From: Herbaspirillum frisingense
Lineage (GTDB): Bacteria > Pseudomonadota > Gammaproteobacteria > Burkholderiales > Burkholderiaceae_D
Length of the DNA: 64,000 nt
Direction: 5' to 3'
Assembly (NCBI GenBank): GCA_009914615.1
Contig: WNDX01000002.1
Location: 18,533 to 82,532 of the forward strand
Shown here: positions 17,317-28,742 of the stretch, in pieces
How the letters are laid out: each line of letters starts with the position of its first letter
Position numbering within the stretch: the first letter of the stretch is position 1
The notes under the pieces: model-generated
Database searches by the model: none
The model's input: only the letters and a program-made list of their open reading frames with translations
What the model was told of the DNA's origin: nothing
Program-made: the position numbers and the translations under genes

Positions 17317-19352
17317 GCGCCGCACGCCAGGCCGGTTATCCCTTCAGCGCCATCGTCGGCCAGCCGCTGCTGAAGCAGGCGCTGCTGCTGTGCGCGGTCG
17401 ATCCCGGCATCGGCGGCGTGCTGGTGCGCGGCGACAAGGGGACGGCTAAGAGCACCGCCGCGCGCGGCCTCACGCAGGTGCTGCCGCCCATCGTACGCAT
17501 CGCCGGCTGCGCCTTCAATTGCGCGCCCGGCCAGCCCGCCGCCGCTTGCGAAGCCTGCAATGCCGAGCAGGGCGGCAAGCAAGGCGAGGCCGACGTGCCG
17601 TTCGTCACGCTGCCGCTGGGCGCGACCGAAGACCGCGTGCTCGGCGCGCTGGATCTGCAGAAGGCGCTGCAGGGCGCGCAGCGCGCCTTCCAGCCCGGCC
17701 TGCTGGCGGCGGCCCATCGCGGCATCCTGTATATCGACGAAGTCAATCTGCTGGCCGACCACCTGGTCGATGTGCTACTGGACGTGGCCGCCATGGGCGT
17801 CAACGCGGTGCAGCGCGAAGGCTTGTCGGTCACGCATCCGGCGCGTTTCACGCTGGTCGGCACCATGAACCTGGAAGAAGGCGACCTGCGCCCGCAGCTG
17901 CTGGACCGTTTCGGCCTGATGGTGGAAGTGACCGCGCCCCGGGAAAAATCGGTGCGCGCCGAGGTGGTGCGTCGGCGCATCGCCTACGAATCCGATCCGG
18001 CCGGCTTTGCTGGACACTGGCAGGCCGGGCAGGATGCCTTGCGGGAACGCATCGCCGATGCGCAACGGCTGCTGCCGCAGGTGGCGCTGGACGACGCCAT
18101 GCTGGAGCTGATCAGCCACCTGTGCTGCGAATTCGAAGTGGCCAGCCTGCGCGCCGACATCGTGATGCACAAGACTGCGCGCGCCATCGCGGCGCTGGAA
18201 GCGCGGCTGCGCGTGACGCCCGACGACATCCGCGCCGCCGCGCAACTGGTGCTGCCGCATCGCAGCCGTCGCAAGCCGTTCGAGCAGACCGGCATGGACC
18301 AGGACAAGCTCGACGAACTGGTCGATCAGGCCCGCGCCCCGCAACCGCAGGAACCTTCCGCGCCGCAGCAGCCGCAGCAAGGCAGCGATGGCGAGGATGC
18401 GCCGCAAACGCCGCCGCCGGCGCCGGACGAAGACGGCGCCGATGATGGGGCCGATGACGGGCCCGATAACGGGCAGGGCGAGGGCGGCACGCAAACCTTC
18501 GCCGTCGCCGCGGCCGGCGCGGCGCGCAAGATCAGCGTGGATATCGCACCCGCCATGCCGGCACCAGCCGCGGCCGGCCGCCGCAGCACCGTGCATGACG
18601 CGACCCGCGGCAATGCCTTGCGTGCCGTGCCGGACGCCAATCCCGACCGCTTGGCCGTGGGCGCCACCTTGCGCAGCGCCGCCGTGCGCGGCGCGCTGGC
18701 CGACGATGGCATGGCCGATGGCCGCCTCCGCGTCACCGGCGCCGACCTGCATCGCCAGGTGCGCAGCGGCAAGGGCGCCAATCTGATCGTGTTCGTGGTG
18801 GACGCATCCGGTTCCATGGCCGCGCAGCGACGCATGGAAGCCGTCAAGGGCGCGGTGCTGGCGCTGCTAACCGACGCCTACCAGCGGCGCGACCAGCTGG
18901 CGGTGATCGCCTTCCGCGGCGAAACGGCCCAGATCCTGCTGGAACCGACCCGCAGCGTCGATCTGGCCGAGCAGGGCTTGCGCGAGCTGCCCACGGGCGG
19001 GCGCACGCCGCTGCCGCATGCGCTGCAACTGGCGGCGCAACTGCTGGACAAGGCATCGCAGCAGGAGGCGCCGCCGCTGCTGGTGATCCTGTCCGACGGC
19101 CGCGCCAACGTCGGCCTGCCTGGCAGCGGCAATGACGAAGGCGACGACCCCTGGGCCCAGACCCTGGCCGCGGCCGGCCACCTGGCCCGGCGCGGCACGC
19201 CGGCGCTGGTGCTGGACACCGAGACCGGCTATATCCGCCTGTGCCGCGCAGCCCAACTGGCCGAGGCGCTGGGCGCGCCATGCCTGACCCTGGAACAATT
19301 GACCGGCGACGCCCTGGCGTTGACCGTGCGCGCGCAATTGGGCGCGCGCTGA
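17313..19352 (+). CDS. ChlI/ChlD-type chelatase ATPase subunit (AAA+ domain, Pro/acidic linker, VWA domain)
   Basis: RGDKGTAKST Walker A, LYIDEVNLL and DASGSM MIDAS motifs; ATGA overlap with cobN. Confidence 0.92.
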   Translation: MSAARQAGYPFSAIVGQPLLKQALLLCAVDPGIGGVLVRGDKGTAKSTAARGLTQVLPPIVRIAGCAFNCAPGQPAAACEACNAEQGGKQGEADVPFVTLPLGATEDRVLGALDLQKALQGAQRAFQPGLLAAAHRGILYIDEVNLLADHLVDVLLDVAAMGVNAVQREGLSVTHPARFTLVGTMNLEEGDLRPQLLDRFGLMVEVTAPREKSVRAEVVRRRIAYESDPAGFAGHWQAGQDALRERIADAQRLLPQVALDDAMLELISHLCCEFEVASLRADIVMHKTARAIAALEARLRVTPDDIRAAAQLVLPHRSRRKPFEQTGMDQDKLDELVDQARAPQPQEPSAPQQPQQGSDGEDAPQTPPPAPDEDGADDGADDGPDNGQGEGGTQTFAVAAAGAARKISVDIAPAMPAPAAAGRRSTVHDATRGNALRAVPDANPDRLAVGATLRSAAVRGALADDGMADGRLRVTGADLHRQVRSGKGANLIVFVVDASGSMAAQRRMEAVKGAVLALLTDAYQRRDQLAVIAFRGETAQILLEPTRSVDLAEQGLRELPTGGRTPLPHALQLAAQLLDKASQQEAPPLLVILSDGRANVGLPGSGNDEGDDPWAQTLAAAGHLARRGTPALVLDTETGYIRLCRAAQLAEALGAPCLTLEQLTGDALALTVRAQLGAR

Positions 19353-19364
19353 AAGGAAAGACAC

Positions 19365-20084
19365 ATGATCATTTGCATCGGCGCCGGCCCCGGCGACCAT
19401 TCCTATCTCACCCTGCGCGGGGCCGACCTGATCCGCAACGCCGATGTGGTGGCCGGCTTCAACGCCGTGGTGGACGTGGTCAAGGAACTGATCCCGCCCA
19501 GCGCCGAGGTGGTGCTGATGGGCTACCGCGACCAGGTCGCCAAGCTCGATGAAGTGGCCGCCCTGCACCACGCCGGCAAGCGTTGCGTGGTGGTGTTCAT
19601 GGGCGACATCCACTTCAGCGGCTTCCAATATCTGGAACGCGTGGAACGCGCCTGCGGCCATCGGGTGGAAACGCTGCCGGGGATTTCCTCGGCGCAGATC
19701 CTGGCTTCGCGCGCGCGGGTCTGCTTCGACGAGACCACCTTCATCACCTTCCACCGCCGCGGCGACCTGGAACCATTCAAGCGCCATCTGGTGCACGTGC
19801 TCAACGACGGCCGCAACGCCATCGTCATTCCTTGTCCGTGGGATGCGGCCCGCTCCTTCATGCCGCGCCATATCGCGACCTATCTGCTGCAGCAGGGCGT
19901 CGATCCCGGGCATCCTACCGAAGTGTGGGAAAACCTCACGCGTGGCGACGCCGAATGGCATGGCAAGCTGGCCGATTGCGCCGACCAGGAATTCAGCGAC
20001 ATGAGCATCATGCTGATCCGCACCAAGACGCCCATGGAAAGCCAGATCGAGCCGCCGCCGGCGGCCGTCAGGGAAGGCGCATGA
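19365..20084 (+). CDS. cbiE: CbiE-like (cobalt-)precorrin C5-methyltransferase, stand-alone
   Basis: [17 protein letters not shown] and PGISSAQ tetrapyrrole-methylase motifs; no CbiT half. Confidence 0.75.
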   Translation: MIICIGAGPGDHSYLTLRGADLIRNADVVAGFNAVVDVVKELIPPSAEVVLMGYRDQVAKLDEVAALHHAGKRCVVVFMGDIHFSGFQYLERVERACGHRVETLPGISSAQILASRARVCFDETTFITFHRRGDLEPFKRHLVHVLNDGRNAIVIPCPWDAARSFMPRHIATYLLQQGVDPGHPTEVWENLTRGDAEWHGKLADCADQEFSDMSIMLIRTKTPMESQIEPPPAAVREGA

Positions 20085-21673
20085 CCGCCGGGATCACATC
20101 TTCCGCAGTCGTGATCGCCGGCCACGGCAGCCGTGATCCCGATGCGTTGCGCGAATTCGAAGCGCTGGTGGAACTGGTGCGCGAGCGCGCTGGCGGACGC
20201 ATCGTGCGCCACGGCTATCTGGAGTTCGCCGCGCCCACCATCGCCGAAGCCGCTGCCGCCTGCGTGGCCGAAGGCGCCGGCCAGGTGAGCGTGGTGCCCG
20301 GCGTGCTGCTGGGCGCGCGCCATGCCAAGAACGACATGCCGGCCGAACTGCTGGCGCTGGCGCGCGAATACCCGCAAGTGGATTTCCATTTCGGTGCGCC
20401 CATGGATTTGCATCCGCTGCTGCTGCAGTTGGCCCAGCAGCGCGTGATCGAAGCCGAGGCGGCGTCGCCGGACCTCCTCCATCGCCAGGACAGTTGCCTG
20501 GTGCTGGTCGGCCGCGGCACCACCGACCCCGACGCCAACGGCGAAGTCGCCAAGCTGGCGCGCATGCTGCAGGAGGGGATGGGCTTCGGTGGCGTGCAGG
20601 TATGCTTCTCCGGGACCGCCGCGCCGCTGGTGCGCGAGGGGCTGGCGCAGGCCGCGGGCCAGGGCTGGCAGCGGCTGGTGGTGCTGCCGTTCTTCCTGTT
20701 CGACGGCGTGCTGGTCAAGCGTATCTATGCCGCCGCCGACGAGGCCGCGCAACGCGCGCCGGGCGTGGAAGTGCTCAAGGCCGCTTATCTGGGCGTGCAT
20801 GCCCACGTGGCCGACGTCATGCTGGAGCGCGCGCGCGAGGCGGTGGAAGGGCGCGCCGCCATGAATTGCACGCTGTGCAAGTACCGCGTGCAGATCGTCG
20901 GTTTCGAGCAGCAGGTAGGCGAGCCGCAGCGTGCGCATCATCTGCAGGTGCGTGACTTGAGCGCGCGCGAGAAGAGCTCGCCGGCGGCGCCGGCGCGCAC
21001 CGCGCCCTATGTGCCGCATCCGATCGAAGCCGAGAGCATGCGCATCATCAACGAGGGGCGCGACTGGAGCGTGTTCCCGCCCGAGCACCTGACCGTGCTG
21101 CAGCGCCTGGTGCATACCAGCGGCGATTTCGCCGCCGCCGACGAACTGTATTTTTCCGCCGGCGCGGCGCAGACCGGCATGCTGGCGCTGTTGCGCTGCA
21201 AGCGCGTGGTGACCGACGTCACCATGGTGCAGACCGGTCTCAAGCGCCAGTTGCTGGAGCAACTGGGCATCGAGACCTGGTGCGGCGTGCATGATCCGGA
21301 GTCGCACCTGATGGCGCAGACCCAGGGCATGACGCGTTCGGCGGCCGGCATCCGCCGCGCCTGGCAGAAGTTCGGCAACGACGTGGTGCTGGCCATCGGC
21401 GACGCGCCCACCGCCATCGTCGAGACCACGCGCCTGATCCGCGAGCACGGCTGGCGGCCGCAACTGGTGGTCGGCCTGCCGGTCGGCTTCGTCGGCACGC
21501 GCGAAAGCAAGGACGAATTGCGCCGCTGCCTGCAGGTGCCGCGCATCACCAATGCCGGCACGCGCGGCGGTTCGCCCTGGGCGGCGACGGTGATCAATGC
21601 CTTGCTGATCGACGCCATCGCCTGGCTGATCGCGCAGGAAAATACCGAAGCGACCGAGGAGGGCGCGGCCTGA
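20081..21673 (+). CDS. cbiX-cbiC: Fusion of sirohydrochlorin cobaltochelatase CbiX and precorrin-8X methylmutase CbiC/CobH
   Basis: [22 protein letters not shown] and MNCTLCKYR, then [16 protein letters not shown] and [11 protein letters not shown]. Confidence 0.88.
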   Translation: MTAGITSSAVVIAGHGSRDPDALREFEALVELVRERAGGRIVRHGYLEFAAPTIAEAAAACVAEGAGQVSVVPGVLLGARHAKNDMPAELLALAREYPQVDFHFGAPMDLHPLLLQLAQQRVIEAEAASPDLLHRQDSCLVLVGRGTTDPDANGEVAKLARMLQEGMGFGGVQVCFSGTAAPLVREGLAQAAGQGWQRLVVLPFFLFDGVLVKRIYAAADEAAQRAPGVEVLKAAYLGVHAHVADVMLERAREAVEGRAAMNCTLCKYRVQIVGFEQQVGEPQRAHHLQVRDLSAREKSSPAAPARTAPYVPHPIEAESMRIINEGRDWSVFPPEHLTVLQRLVHTSGDFAAADELYFSAGAAQTGMLALLRCKRVVTDVTMVQTGLKRQLLEQLGIETWCGVHDPESHLMAQTQGMTRSAAGIRRAWQKFGNDVVLAIGDAPTAIVETTRLIREHGWRPQLVVGLPVGFVGTRESKDELRRCLQVPRITNAGTRGGSPWAATVINALLIDAIAWLIAQENTEATEEGAA

Positions 21674-22905
21674 TGGACGCCGTCGGCGAGCAGCGGATCG
21701 GATTGCCGCAGGCCGAACTGCAGCGCGCCGAGTACGACCTCTCCGTCCTCGCGCCCAACGGTTTGCGGCGCGGCCGCAGCACCGGCAGTTGCGCCACCGC
21801 GGCGGTGCGCGCGGCGCTGTACCGGCTGCTGGCCGGCATTGACTTGGAACGCACGGAAGTGAGCCTGCCGGACGGCCGGCATTTCATTTCGGTGCCGATA
21901 CAACGTGTCGAGGGACTGGGCGCGGGCCTGGCCCAGGCCGAGGTGCTGAAGGACGGCGGCGACGATCCCGACAACACGCACGGCGCCACGATCGTGGCGC
22001 AGGTGAAGCGCAACGATGCCGGCGAGATCCGCTTCTTCGCCGGCGAGGGCGTGGGCACGGCCACCATGCCCGGCTTGCGGGTGGCGGTCGGCGAGCCGGC
22101 CATCAACCCGGTGCCGCGCGGCATGATGCGCATGGCGGTGGCGGAAGTGCTGGCAGAATTGCGGCCGGCCGCCGGAACGGACCTTGAGCGCTGGCTGGCT
22201 CAAGGCTTCGACCTGACCATAGGCTGCCGCGAAGGGCAGGCGATCGCGCCCAAGACCTTCAACCCCAGGCTGGGCATCGTCGGCGGGATTTCCATCCTCG
22301 GCACCTCGGGCATCGTCGAGCCGATGTCGATGGCCTCGTGGATCGCCTCCATCGAGGTCTATATCCGCGTCGCGCTGGCCGATTGCGGGGAGGGCGAGAC
22401 GGTGGCTTACCTGCCCGGCAAGATCGGCCGCGCTTTCGTGGCGCAGACGCTGGGGCTGCCGGACAAACGTAGCGTGCAGATCGCCAATTTTCTCGGCGAC
22501 GCGCTGGATTTCACCCAGCAGGCGCTGGCCGAGGAAGGCCGCCGGTTGCCCGTGCTGTGGCTGGCCGGCCATCCGGGCAAGCTGGCCAAGGTGCTGGACG
22601 GCGTGTGGGACACGCACTCCAGCAAGAGCAACATGGCCATGCAGGGCGTGGCCCGCGTGGCGCAGAACATGAACGCGCCGCTCCATGTGTTCGATACGGA
22701 GCTGGTGCAGCAGATGAAGGAAGCCAATACGGTGGAAGCAGTGATAGAACTGGTGCGCGGGCGCGATGCGGCCTTGTCGCGCGCCTTGTGGAGCGAGATC
22801 GAGGCACGCATCGCCGCGCTGGCGGCGGCACGTATGCCGAATGTCGATTGCGTGCAGGTGCGCCTGTTCGACCTCGACGGCCGCCAACTGGGAGCCGGCG
22901 CATGA
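21673..22905 (+). CDS. cbiD: Cobalt-precorrin-5B C1-methyltransferase
   Basis: LRRGRSTGSCATAA, KDGGDDPDNTHG and NPRLGIVGGISILGTSGIV motifs. Confidence 0.95.
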   Translation: MDAVGEQRIGLPQAELQRAEYDLSVLAPNGLRRGRSTGSCATAAVRAALYRLLAGIDLERTEVSLPDGRHFISVPIQRVEGLGAGLAQAEVLKDGGDDPDNTHGATIVAQVKRNDAGEIRFFAGEGVGTATMPGLRVAVGEPAINPVPRGMMRMAVAEVLAELRPAAGTDLERWLAQGFDLTIGCREGQAIAPKTFNPRLGIVGGISILGTSGIVEPMSMASWIASIEVYIRVALADCGEGETVAYLPGKIGRAFVAQTLGLPDKRSVQIANFLGDALDFTQQALAEEGRRLPVLWLAGHPGKLAKVLDGVWDTHSSKSNMAMQGVARVAQNMNAPLHVFDTELVQQMKEANTVEAVIELVRGRDAALSRALWSEIEARIAALAAARMPNVDCVQVRLFDLDGRQLGAGA

Positions 22906-23660
22906 GCGCGCCGGGCAGGTTGTCGGGCATCGGCGTCGGCCCAGGGCCGGCGGGCTATCTGTCGCTGGCGGCGCTGACCGCATTGCGCCAGGCCGACGTG
23001 ATTTATTTGCCGCGCGCGCGCGGCGCCGACCTGTCGGTGGCCTTGCAATGCCTGGACGGCGTGGAGTTCGACCGCAACCGGCTGCGTGAGATCGAGTTCA
23101 ACATGGACCCCGACCGCCAGGTGCTGCAAGAACATTACGCGCAACTGGGCGCGCAACTGTCGGCGCAATTGCGCGAGGGCCTGCACGTGGCCTACCTGAC
23201 CATCGGTGATTCGCTGACCTATTCGACCTACGGCTACGTGCTGGCGGCGGTGCGCGACCTCTATCCCGAGTGCGACTGCGTGACTTACCCAGGCATCACC
23301 AGCTACGCGGCCGCGGCGTCGGCGCTGGAATGGCCGCTGGGCGTGGGCAAGGAACGCACGCTGATCCTGCCGTGCCCGGAAGACGCCGCCACGCTGCGCG
23401 CCGAGATCGAAAGCCATGACATCGTGGTGCTGATGAAGGTCGGCGCGCGCCTGCCCTGGGTGCTGGCGCTGCTGCGCGAGATGGGCATCGCCCGCCATTG
23501 CGCCTTCGCGCGCCGCATCGGGCTGGAAGGCGAGGTGCTGGCGTCCGATCTGAGTACGCTGGAGGCCGCCGATGCCAGCGGCTATCTGGCGGTGCTGCTG
23601 ATCCGCAAGACCGCGCAGGAAAAACGTCACGCTCCGGAGCCATCGAAAGGACAAGCATGA
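22902..23660 (+). CDS. cbiL: (Cobalt-)precorrin-2 C20-methyltransferase
   Basis: GIGVGPG, LTIGDSLTYST, PGITSYAA and VLMKVG motifs. Confidence 0.9.
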   Translation: MSAPGRLSGIGVGPGPAGYLSLAALTALRQADVIYLPRARGADLSVALQCLDGVEFDRNRLREIEFNMDPDRQVLQEHYAQLGAQLSAQLREGLHVAYLTIGDSLTYSTYGYVLAAVRDLYPECDCVTYPGITSYAAAASALEWPLGVGKERTLILPCPEDAATLRAEIESHDIVVLMKVGARLPWVLALLREMGIARHCAFARRIGLEGEVLASDLSTLEAADASGYLAVLLIRKTAQEKRHAPEPSKGQA

Positions 23661-24472
23661 AGGTATATTTCATCGGCGCCGGTCCCGGCGCGGCCGACCT
23701 GATCACCTTGCGCGGCGCGCGCCTCTTGGGCGAGGTGAAGATGGTGCTGTACGCCGGTTCGCTGGTGCCGACCGCGATGCTGGAGCATTGCCGCGCCGAC
23801 GCCGAGCTGATCGACACCGCCGCGCTGGATCTGGAACAGCAGCAGGCCTGCTACCTGCGCGCCCAGGCCATGGGCATCGACGTGGTGCGCCTGCATTCGG
23901 GCGATCCGGCGATCTATGGCGCCACCGCCGAACAGATGCGCCGCCTGGATGCGCTGGGCATCGCCTATGAAGTGGTGCCGGGCGTGTCGTCGTTCACGGC
24001 CGCCGCCGCCGCGGTGTCGGCCGAGCTGACCAAGCCGGAAGTCTCGCAGAGCGTGATCCTGACCCGCGTCTCCGGGCGCGCCTCGGCGGTGCCGGAATCG
24101 GAATCGATCGCTTCGCTGGCGGCGCACCGCGCCACCATGTGCATCTTTCTCTCCGGCCCGCATCTGAAGAAGATCGTCAACGACCTGTTGCTGCATTACC
24201 CGCCTTCCACGCCGGTGACGCTGGTCTATCGCGCCAGTTGGCCGGAGCAGCGCGTCTATCAGGGCACGCTGGACAAGGTGCTGGACGAGAACAAGCGCGG
24301 CGAGTGGAACCTGACCACCATGATGCTGGTGGGCGCGGCGCTGGACAAGGCGCAGGTGGCCGAGTCCAGCCTGTATTCCAAGGACTTCACCCACCTGTTC
24401 CGCGTGGTCAAGAAGCAGAAGCAGGCCGCCAGCGCCGCCGGGGATGAGGCCGTGGCCGGGGATGCCGCATGA
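23657..24472 (+). CDS. cbiF: (Cobalt-)precorrin-4 C11-methyltransferase
   Basis: VYFIGAGPGAADLITLRG, YAGSLV, VRLHSGDPAIYG and PEVSQSVILTR motifs. Confidence 0.95.
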   Translation: MKVYFIGAGPGAADLITLRGARLLGEVKMVLYAGSLVPTAMLEHCRADAELIDTAALDLEQQQACYLRAQAMGIDVVRLHSGDPAIYGATAEQMRRLDALGIAYEVVPGVSSFTAAAAAVSAELTKPEVSQSVILTRVSGRASAVPESESIASLAAHRATMCIFLSGPHLKKIVNDLLLHYPPSTPVTLVYRASWPEQRVYQGTLDKVLDENKRGEWNLTTMMLVGAALDKAQVAESSLYSKDFTHLFRVVKKQKQAASAAGDEAVAGDAA

Positions 24473-25302
24473 CGCCGCCGGCCGGCGAAGCCGAACTCGG
24501 CATCTGGCCGGTGCGTGCCGAGGCCGAGTTGCTGGCCCTGCATCTGCAGGCCCGGCTGGGCGGTACGCTGTACCGGCCGTGGCTGACCGCGGCGGCTGCT
24601 GATACAGACGGCGCGGCGCCGACGCAGCGCCAGCAGTTTGCGCTGGTCTATCGCCGTCACCGGCAATGGATCATGATCGGCGCGACCGGCATTGCGGTGC
24701 GCTTTCTCGACGGCCTGCCGCAGGACAAGCACAGCGATCCGGCCGTGGTGGTGCTGGATGAGGCCGCGCGCTTCGCGGTCTCCCTGCTGGCCGGCCATGA
24801 AGGCGGCGCCAACCGCCTGGCCTATCGCGCGGCGCAGGCCACCGGTGCGCAGCCGGTGGTGAGCACGGCGACCGAGGCGATCAAGCCGCTGGTGCTGGGC
24901 ATAGGCTGCCGCAGGCATGCCACGGCCGAACAGATTTCGCTGGCGGTGGCGCAGGCGCTGGCGCTGCTGGAAGGCGCCGCGCTGGCCCAGGTGCGCGAGG
25001 TGGCGACGATCGACATCAAGGCCGACGAGCCCGGCCTGCTGGCGTTCTGCGCGACCCACGACCTGCCGCTGCGGGTCATCTCGACGCAGCAGATCGCCCA
25101 GCGCGCCTGGGTCGGTAAGCCCTCGGACTGGGTCCGGCAAAACGTCGGCGTCGAAGGCGTGTGCGAACCGGCCGCTTTGATCGCCAGCCCGCGCGGCCGG
25201 CTGGCGCTGGGCAAGACCGCGTTGGATGGCGTGACGGTGGCGGTGGTGGACGATGGCGCGGGATGGTTGCCGCAAGACGGTCCGTTGTCACCGTCATCTT
25301 GA
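24469..25302 (+). CDS. cbiG: Cobalt-precorrin-5A hydrolase CbiG (short form lacking the middle domain)
   Basis: ATGIAVR, DKHSDPAVVVLD, LAGHEGGAN, LGIGCRR and GVCEPAA motifs. Confidence 0.88.
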   Translation: MTPPAGEAELGIWPVRAEAELLALHLQARLGGTLYRPWLTAAAADTDGAAPTQRQQFALVYRRHRQWIMIGATGIAVRFLDGLPQDKHSDPAVVVLDEAARFAVSLLAGHEGGANRLAYRAAQATGAQPVVSTATEAIKPLVLGIGCRRHATAEQISLAVAQALALLEGAALAQVREVATIDIKADEPGLLAFCATHDLPLRVISTQQIAQRAWVGKPSDWVRQNVGVEGVCEPAALIASPRGRLALGKTALDGVTVAVVDDGAGWLPQDGPLSPSS

Positions 25303-25412
25303 CGAAGGCAAGCGCCTGCCCCGGGGCGCGGGATTGAACGGATTGAAATGAAGAGCAAGTACGTAACGAGCCGAAAAGACGGCGAAAAAACGGCAACAAA
25401 AAGGATGCAGCA

Positions 25413-26960
25413 GTGAGCAAAGGTGTTTTAAATCTGGTCTCGGTCGGCCCCGGCTTCGAGGAAATGATCATCCCGCGCGCCATCGAAGCGTTGCGCGATA
25501 GCGAGGTGATCGTCGCCTACGAGCTGTATCTGCGCTGGATCGCCCCGCATATCGAAGGCAAGGAAATCCATACGCCGCCGCTGACGCAGGAGCGCGAACG
25601 CGCGCTGCTGGCGATCGGGCTCGCCCGCGCCGGGCGTAAGGTGGCGCTCATTTCCAGCGGCGACATCGGCATCTATGCGATGGCCGCGCTGGCCTTCGAT
25701 GACATGCGCGAAGACGACACCTACGAGGTCAACGTCGTACCCGGCGTGACATCGGCCAATGCCTGCGCCTCGCTGCTGGGGTCGCCGCTGTCCCACGATT
25801 TCGCCACGCTGTCGCTGTCCAACCTGCTGTGTCCGTGGGAATGGATCGAGCAGCGCGCCAGCCACATCGCCCAGGCCGACCTGGCCTGCGTGCTGTACAA
25901 CGTGCAGAGCGCCGGGCGGCAGGAGGGCGTCTATCGCATCCTGCAATTGATGCTGGAGCACAAGGCGCCGCATACGCTGTGCGGCGTGGTCAAGAATGCC
26001 TACCGGCCCGGCCAGCAGGTGTCGATCCATCGTCTGGACGAATTGCCGGCGCTGCAGTTCGACATGCTGACCTCCATCGTGATCGGCAACCGCTTCACCC
26101 AGCGCAAGCGCGACTGGATCTTCACCCCGCGCGGTTACAACGACTGGAGCGAGAGCGCCGAAGCCGAGGCGGCGGCGCAGTTGCCGCAGCGGGCGGCATG
26201 GGTATTCTCCGGCACCGGCGACGGCAATGCGCTGGCCGCGCAACTGGCGGCCGACGGCGCGCCGGTGGTGGTGTCCGCGGCCACCGGCTACGGCGCCGAG
26301 CTGGCGCAGCAGGATTGTCCAGGCGCCCATGTATGGGCCGGGCGCCAGGGCGTGGAGGCCCGCCGTCAAGCCTTGCGCGCCAGCCAGGCGCGGGTGCTGG
26401 TGGACGCCACCCATCCGTTTGCGGCGCAGATGTCGCAGCAGTTGATGGGGCTTTCGCGCGAACTGGGCATTCCCTATCTGCGCTATGAGCGCCCGAGCGC
26501 GCTGGCGGCTGACGACGCCCAGGCCTGCGCCGACATGGACGAAGCCGCGCGGCGCGCGATCGCGTCCGGCAAGCGCATCTTCCTGGCGACCGGTTCCAAG
26601 GATCTGGCGAGTTTCCTGAAGGCGCCCGGCGCGGCCGACCGGCAATGGTTCGCGCGCGTTACGGCCGATCCCGATTTCATCCGCCGTGCGCTGGAACTGG
26701 GCGTGCCGCGCGCCAACCTGTGCGCCATGCAAGGGCCGTTCTCGCAAGCCTTCAACGAAGCGCTGTGGCGCGACTGGGGCATCGATTGCGTGGTCACCAA
26801 GGATTCCGGCGAGGCCGGCGGCTATCGCGCCAAGGCCGATGCCGCTCGCGCCCTGGGCATTCCCTTGCTGACGGTGCGCCGCCCGGCGCTGGAATATCCC
26901 AGCGTGGCCGCCGATTTCGATGCGGTGCGCGCGCAGTTGGCGCAATGGCGGGAGGCCTGA
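25413..26960 (+). CDS. cbiH-cbiJ: Fusion of precorrin-3B C17-methyltransferase (CbiH/CobJ) and precorrin-6A reductase (CbiJ/CobK)
   Basis: ISSGDIGIY, HDFATLSLS and FTPRGY, then SGTGDG, DATHPFA, AMQGPFS and VTKDSG; GTG start. Confidence 0.9.
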   Translation: MSKGVLNLVSVGPGFEEMIIPRAIEALRDSEVIVAYELYLRWIAPHIEGKEIHTPPLTQERERALLAIGLARAGRKVALISSGDIGIYAMAALAFDDMREDDTYEVNVVPGVTSANACASLLGSPLSHDFATLSLSNLLCPWEWIEQRASHIAQADLACVLYNVQSAGRQEGVYRILQLMLEHKAPHTLCGVVKNAYRPGQQVSIHRLDELPALQFDMLTSIVIGNRFTQRKRDWIFTPRGYNDWSESAEAEAAAQLPQRAAWVFSGTGDGNALAAQLAADGAPVVVSAATGYGAELAQQDCPGAHVWAGRQGVEARRQALRASQARVLVDATHPFAAQMSQQLMGLSRELGIPYLRYERPSALAADDAQACADMDEAARRAIASGKRIFLATGSKDLASFLKAPGAADRQWFARVTADPDFIRRALELGVPRANLCAMQGPFSQAFNEALWRDWGIDCVVTKDSGEAGGYRAKADAARALGIPLLTVRRPALEYPSVAADFDAVRAQLAQWREA

Positions 26961-26962
26961 GC

Positions 26963-28123
<1,161 letters not shown>

Positions 28124-28139
28124 GACTGGAAAAAGAACC

Positions 28140-28742
28140 ATGAAAACCGATCCTGAATCGCACAAGCGCATGACCCAGCGCCATAAAGAGGGCTTCGAAA
28201 AGAAGAAGGCCGCGGCACAGAAAGAAAAGGGCCTGCTGATCGTCAACACCGGCACCGGCAAGGGCAAGTCCAGCGCCGCCTTCGGCATGGGCATGCGCAT
28301 CCTCGGCCAAGGCATGAAGCTGGGCGTGGTGCAGTTCATCAAGGGCGCGCTGTACAGCGCCGAACGCGATTTCCTCGGCGGCCACGCCCACTGCGATTTC
28401 CACGTGGTGGGCGAGGGCTACACCTGGGATACCCAGGACCGCGACGCCGACATGCGCACCGCCGCTCGCGGCTGGGCCGAGGCGGTGCGCATGATCAACG
28501 ACCCGAGCTACGACATGGTGATCCTGGACGAGCTCAACATCGTGCTGAAGTACCAGTACCTGGATCTGGAGGAAGTGCTGCGCGTCTTCTCCGGCCGTCG
28601 CGAGATGCTGCACATCGTGGTCACCGGGCGCCATGCGCCGGAGGCGCTGATCGCGCAGGCCGATCTGGTCAGCGAGGTGCGTCCGCTCAAGCATCCCTAT
28701 AAAGAACAAGGCGTGAAAGCGCAGAAAGGCGTGGAATTCTGA
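28140..28742 (+). CDS. cobO: Cob(I)yrinic acid a,c-diamide adenosyltransferase
   Basis: NTGTGKGKSSAAFG, VQFIKG, LDELN, VTGRHA and KHPY...AQKGVEF motifs. Confidence 0.96.
   Translation: MKTDPESHKRMTQRHKEGFEKKKAAAQKEKGLLIVNTGTGKGKSSAAFGMGMRILGQGMKLGVVQFIKGALYSAERDFLGGHAHCDFHVVGEGYTWDTQDRDADMRTAARGWAEAVRMINDPSYDMVILDELNIVLKYQYLDLEEVLRVFSGRREMLHIVVTGRHAPEALIAQADLVSEVRPLKHPYKEQGVKAQKGVEF

Noticed and set aside
13036-17325. 1429-aa antisense ORF opposite cobN, and similar long shadow ORFs (8095-9906, 19880-21463, 21007-22983, 43554-46226)
   Set aside because: They mirror well-supported genes on the other strand and carry no recognisable motifs. High-GC codon bias commonly produces such stop-free antisense frames.
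25303-25412. 110-bp A-rich gap inside the cob operon containing a GGATTGAA direct repeat
   Set aside because: No convincing promoter, terminator, second riboswitch or ORF.
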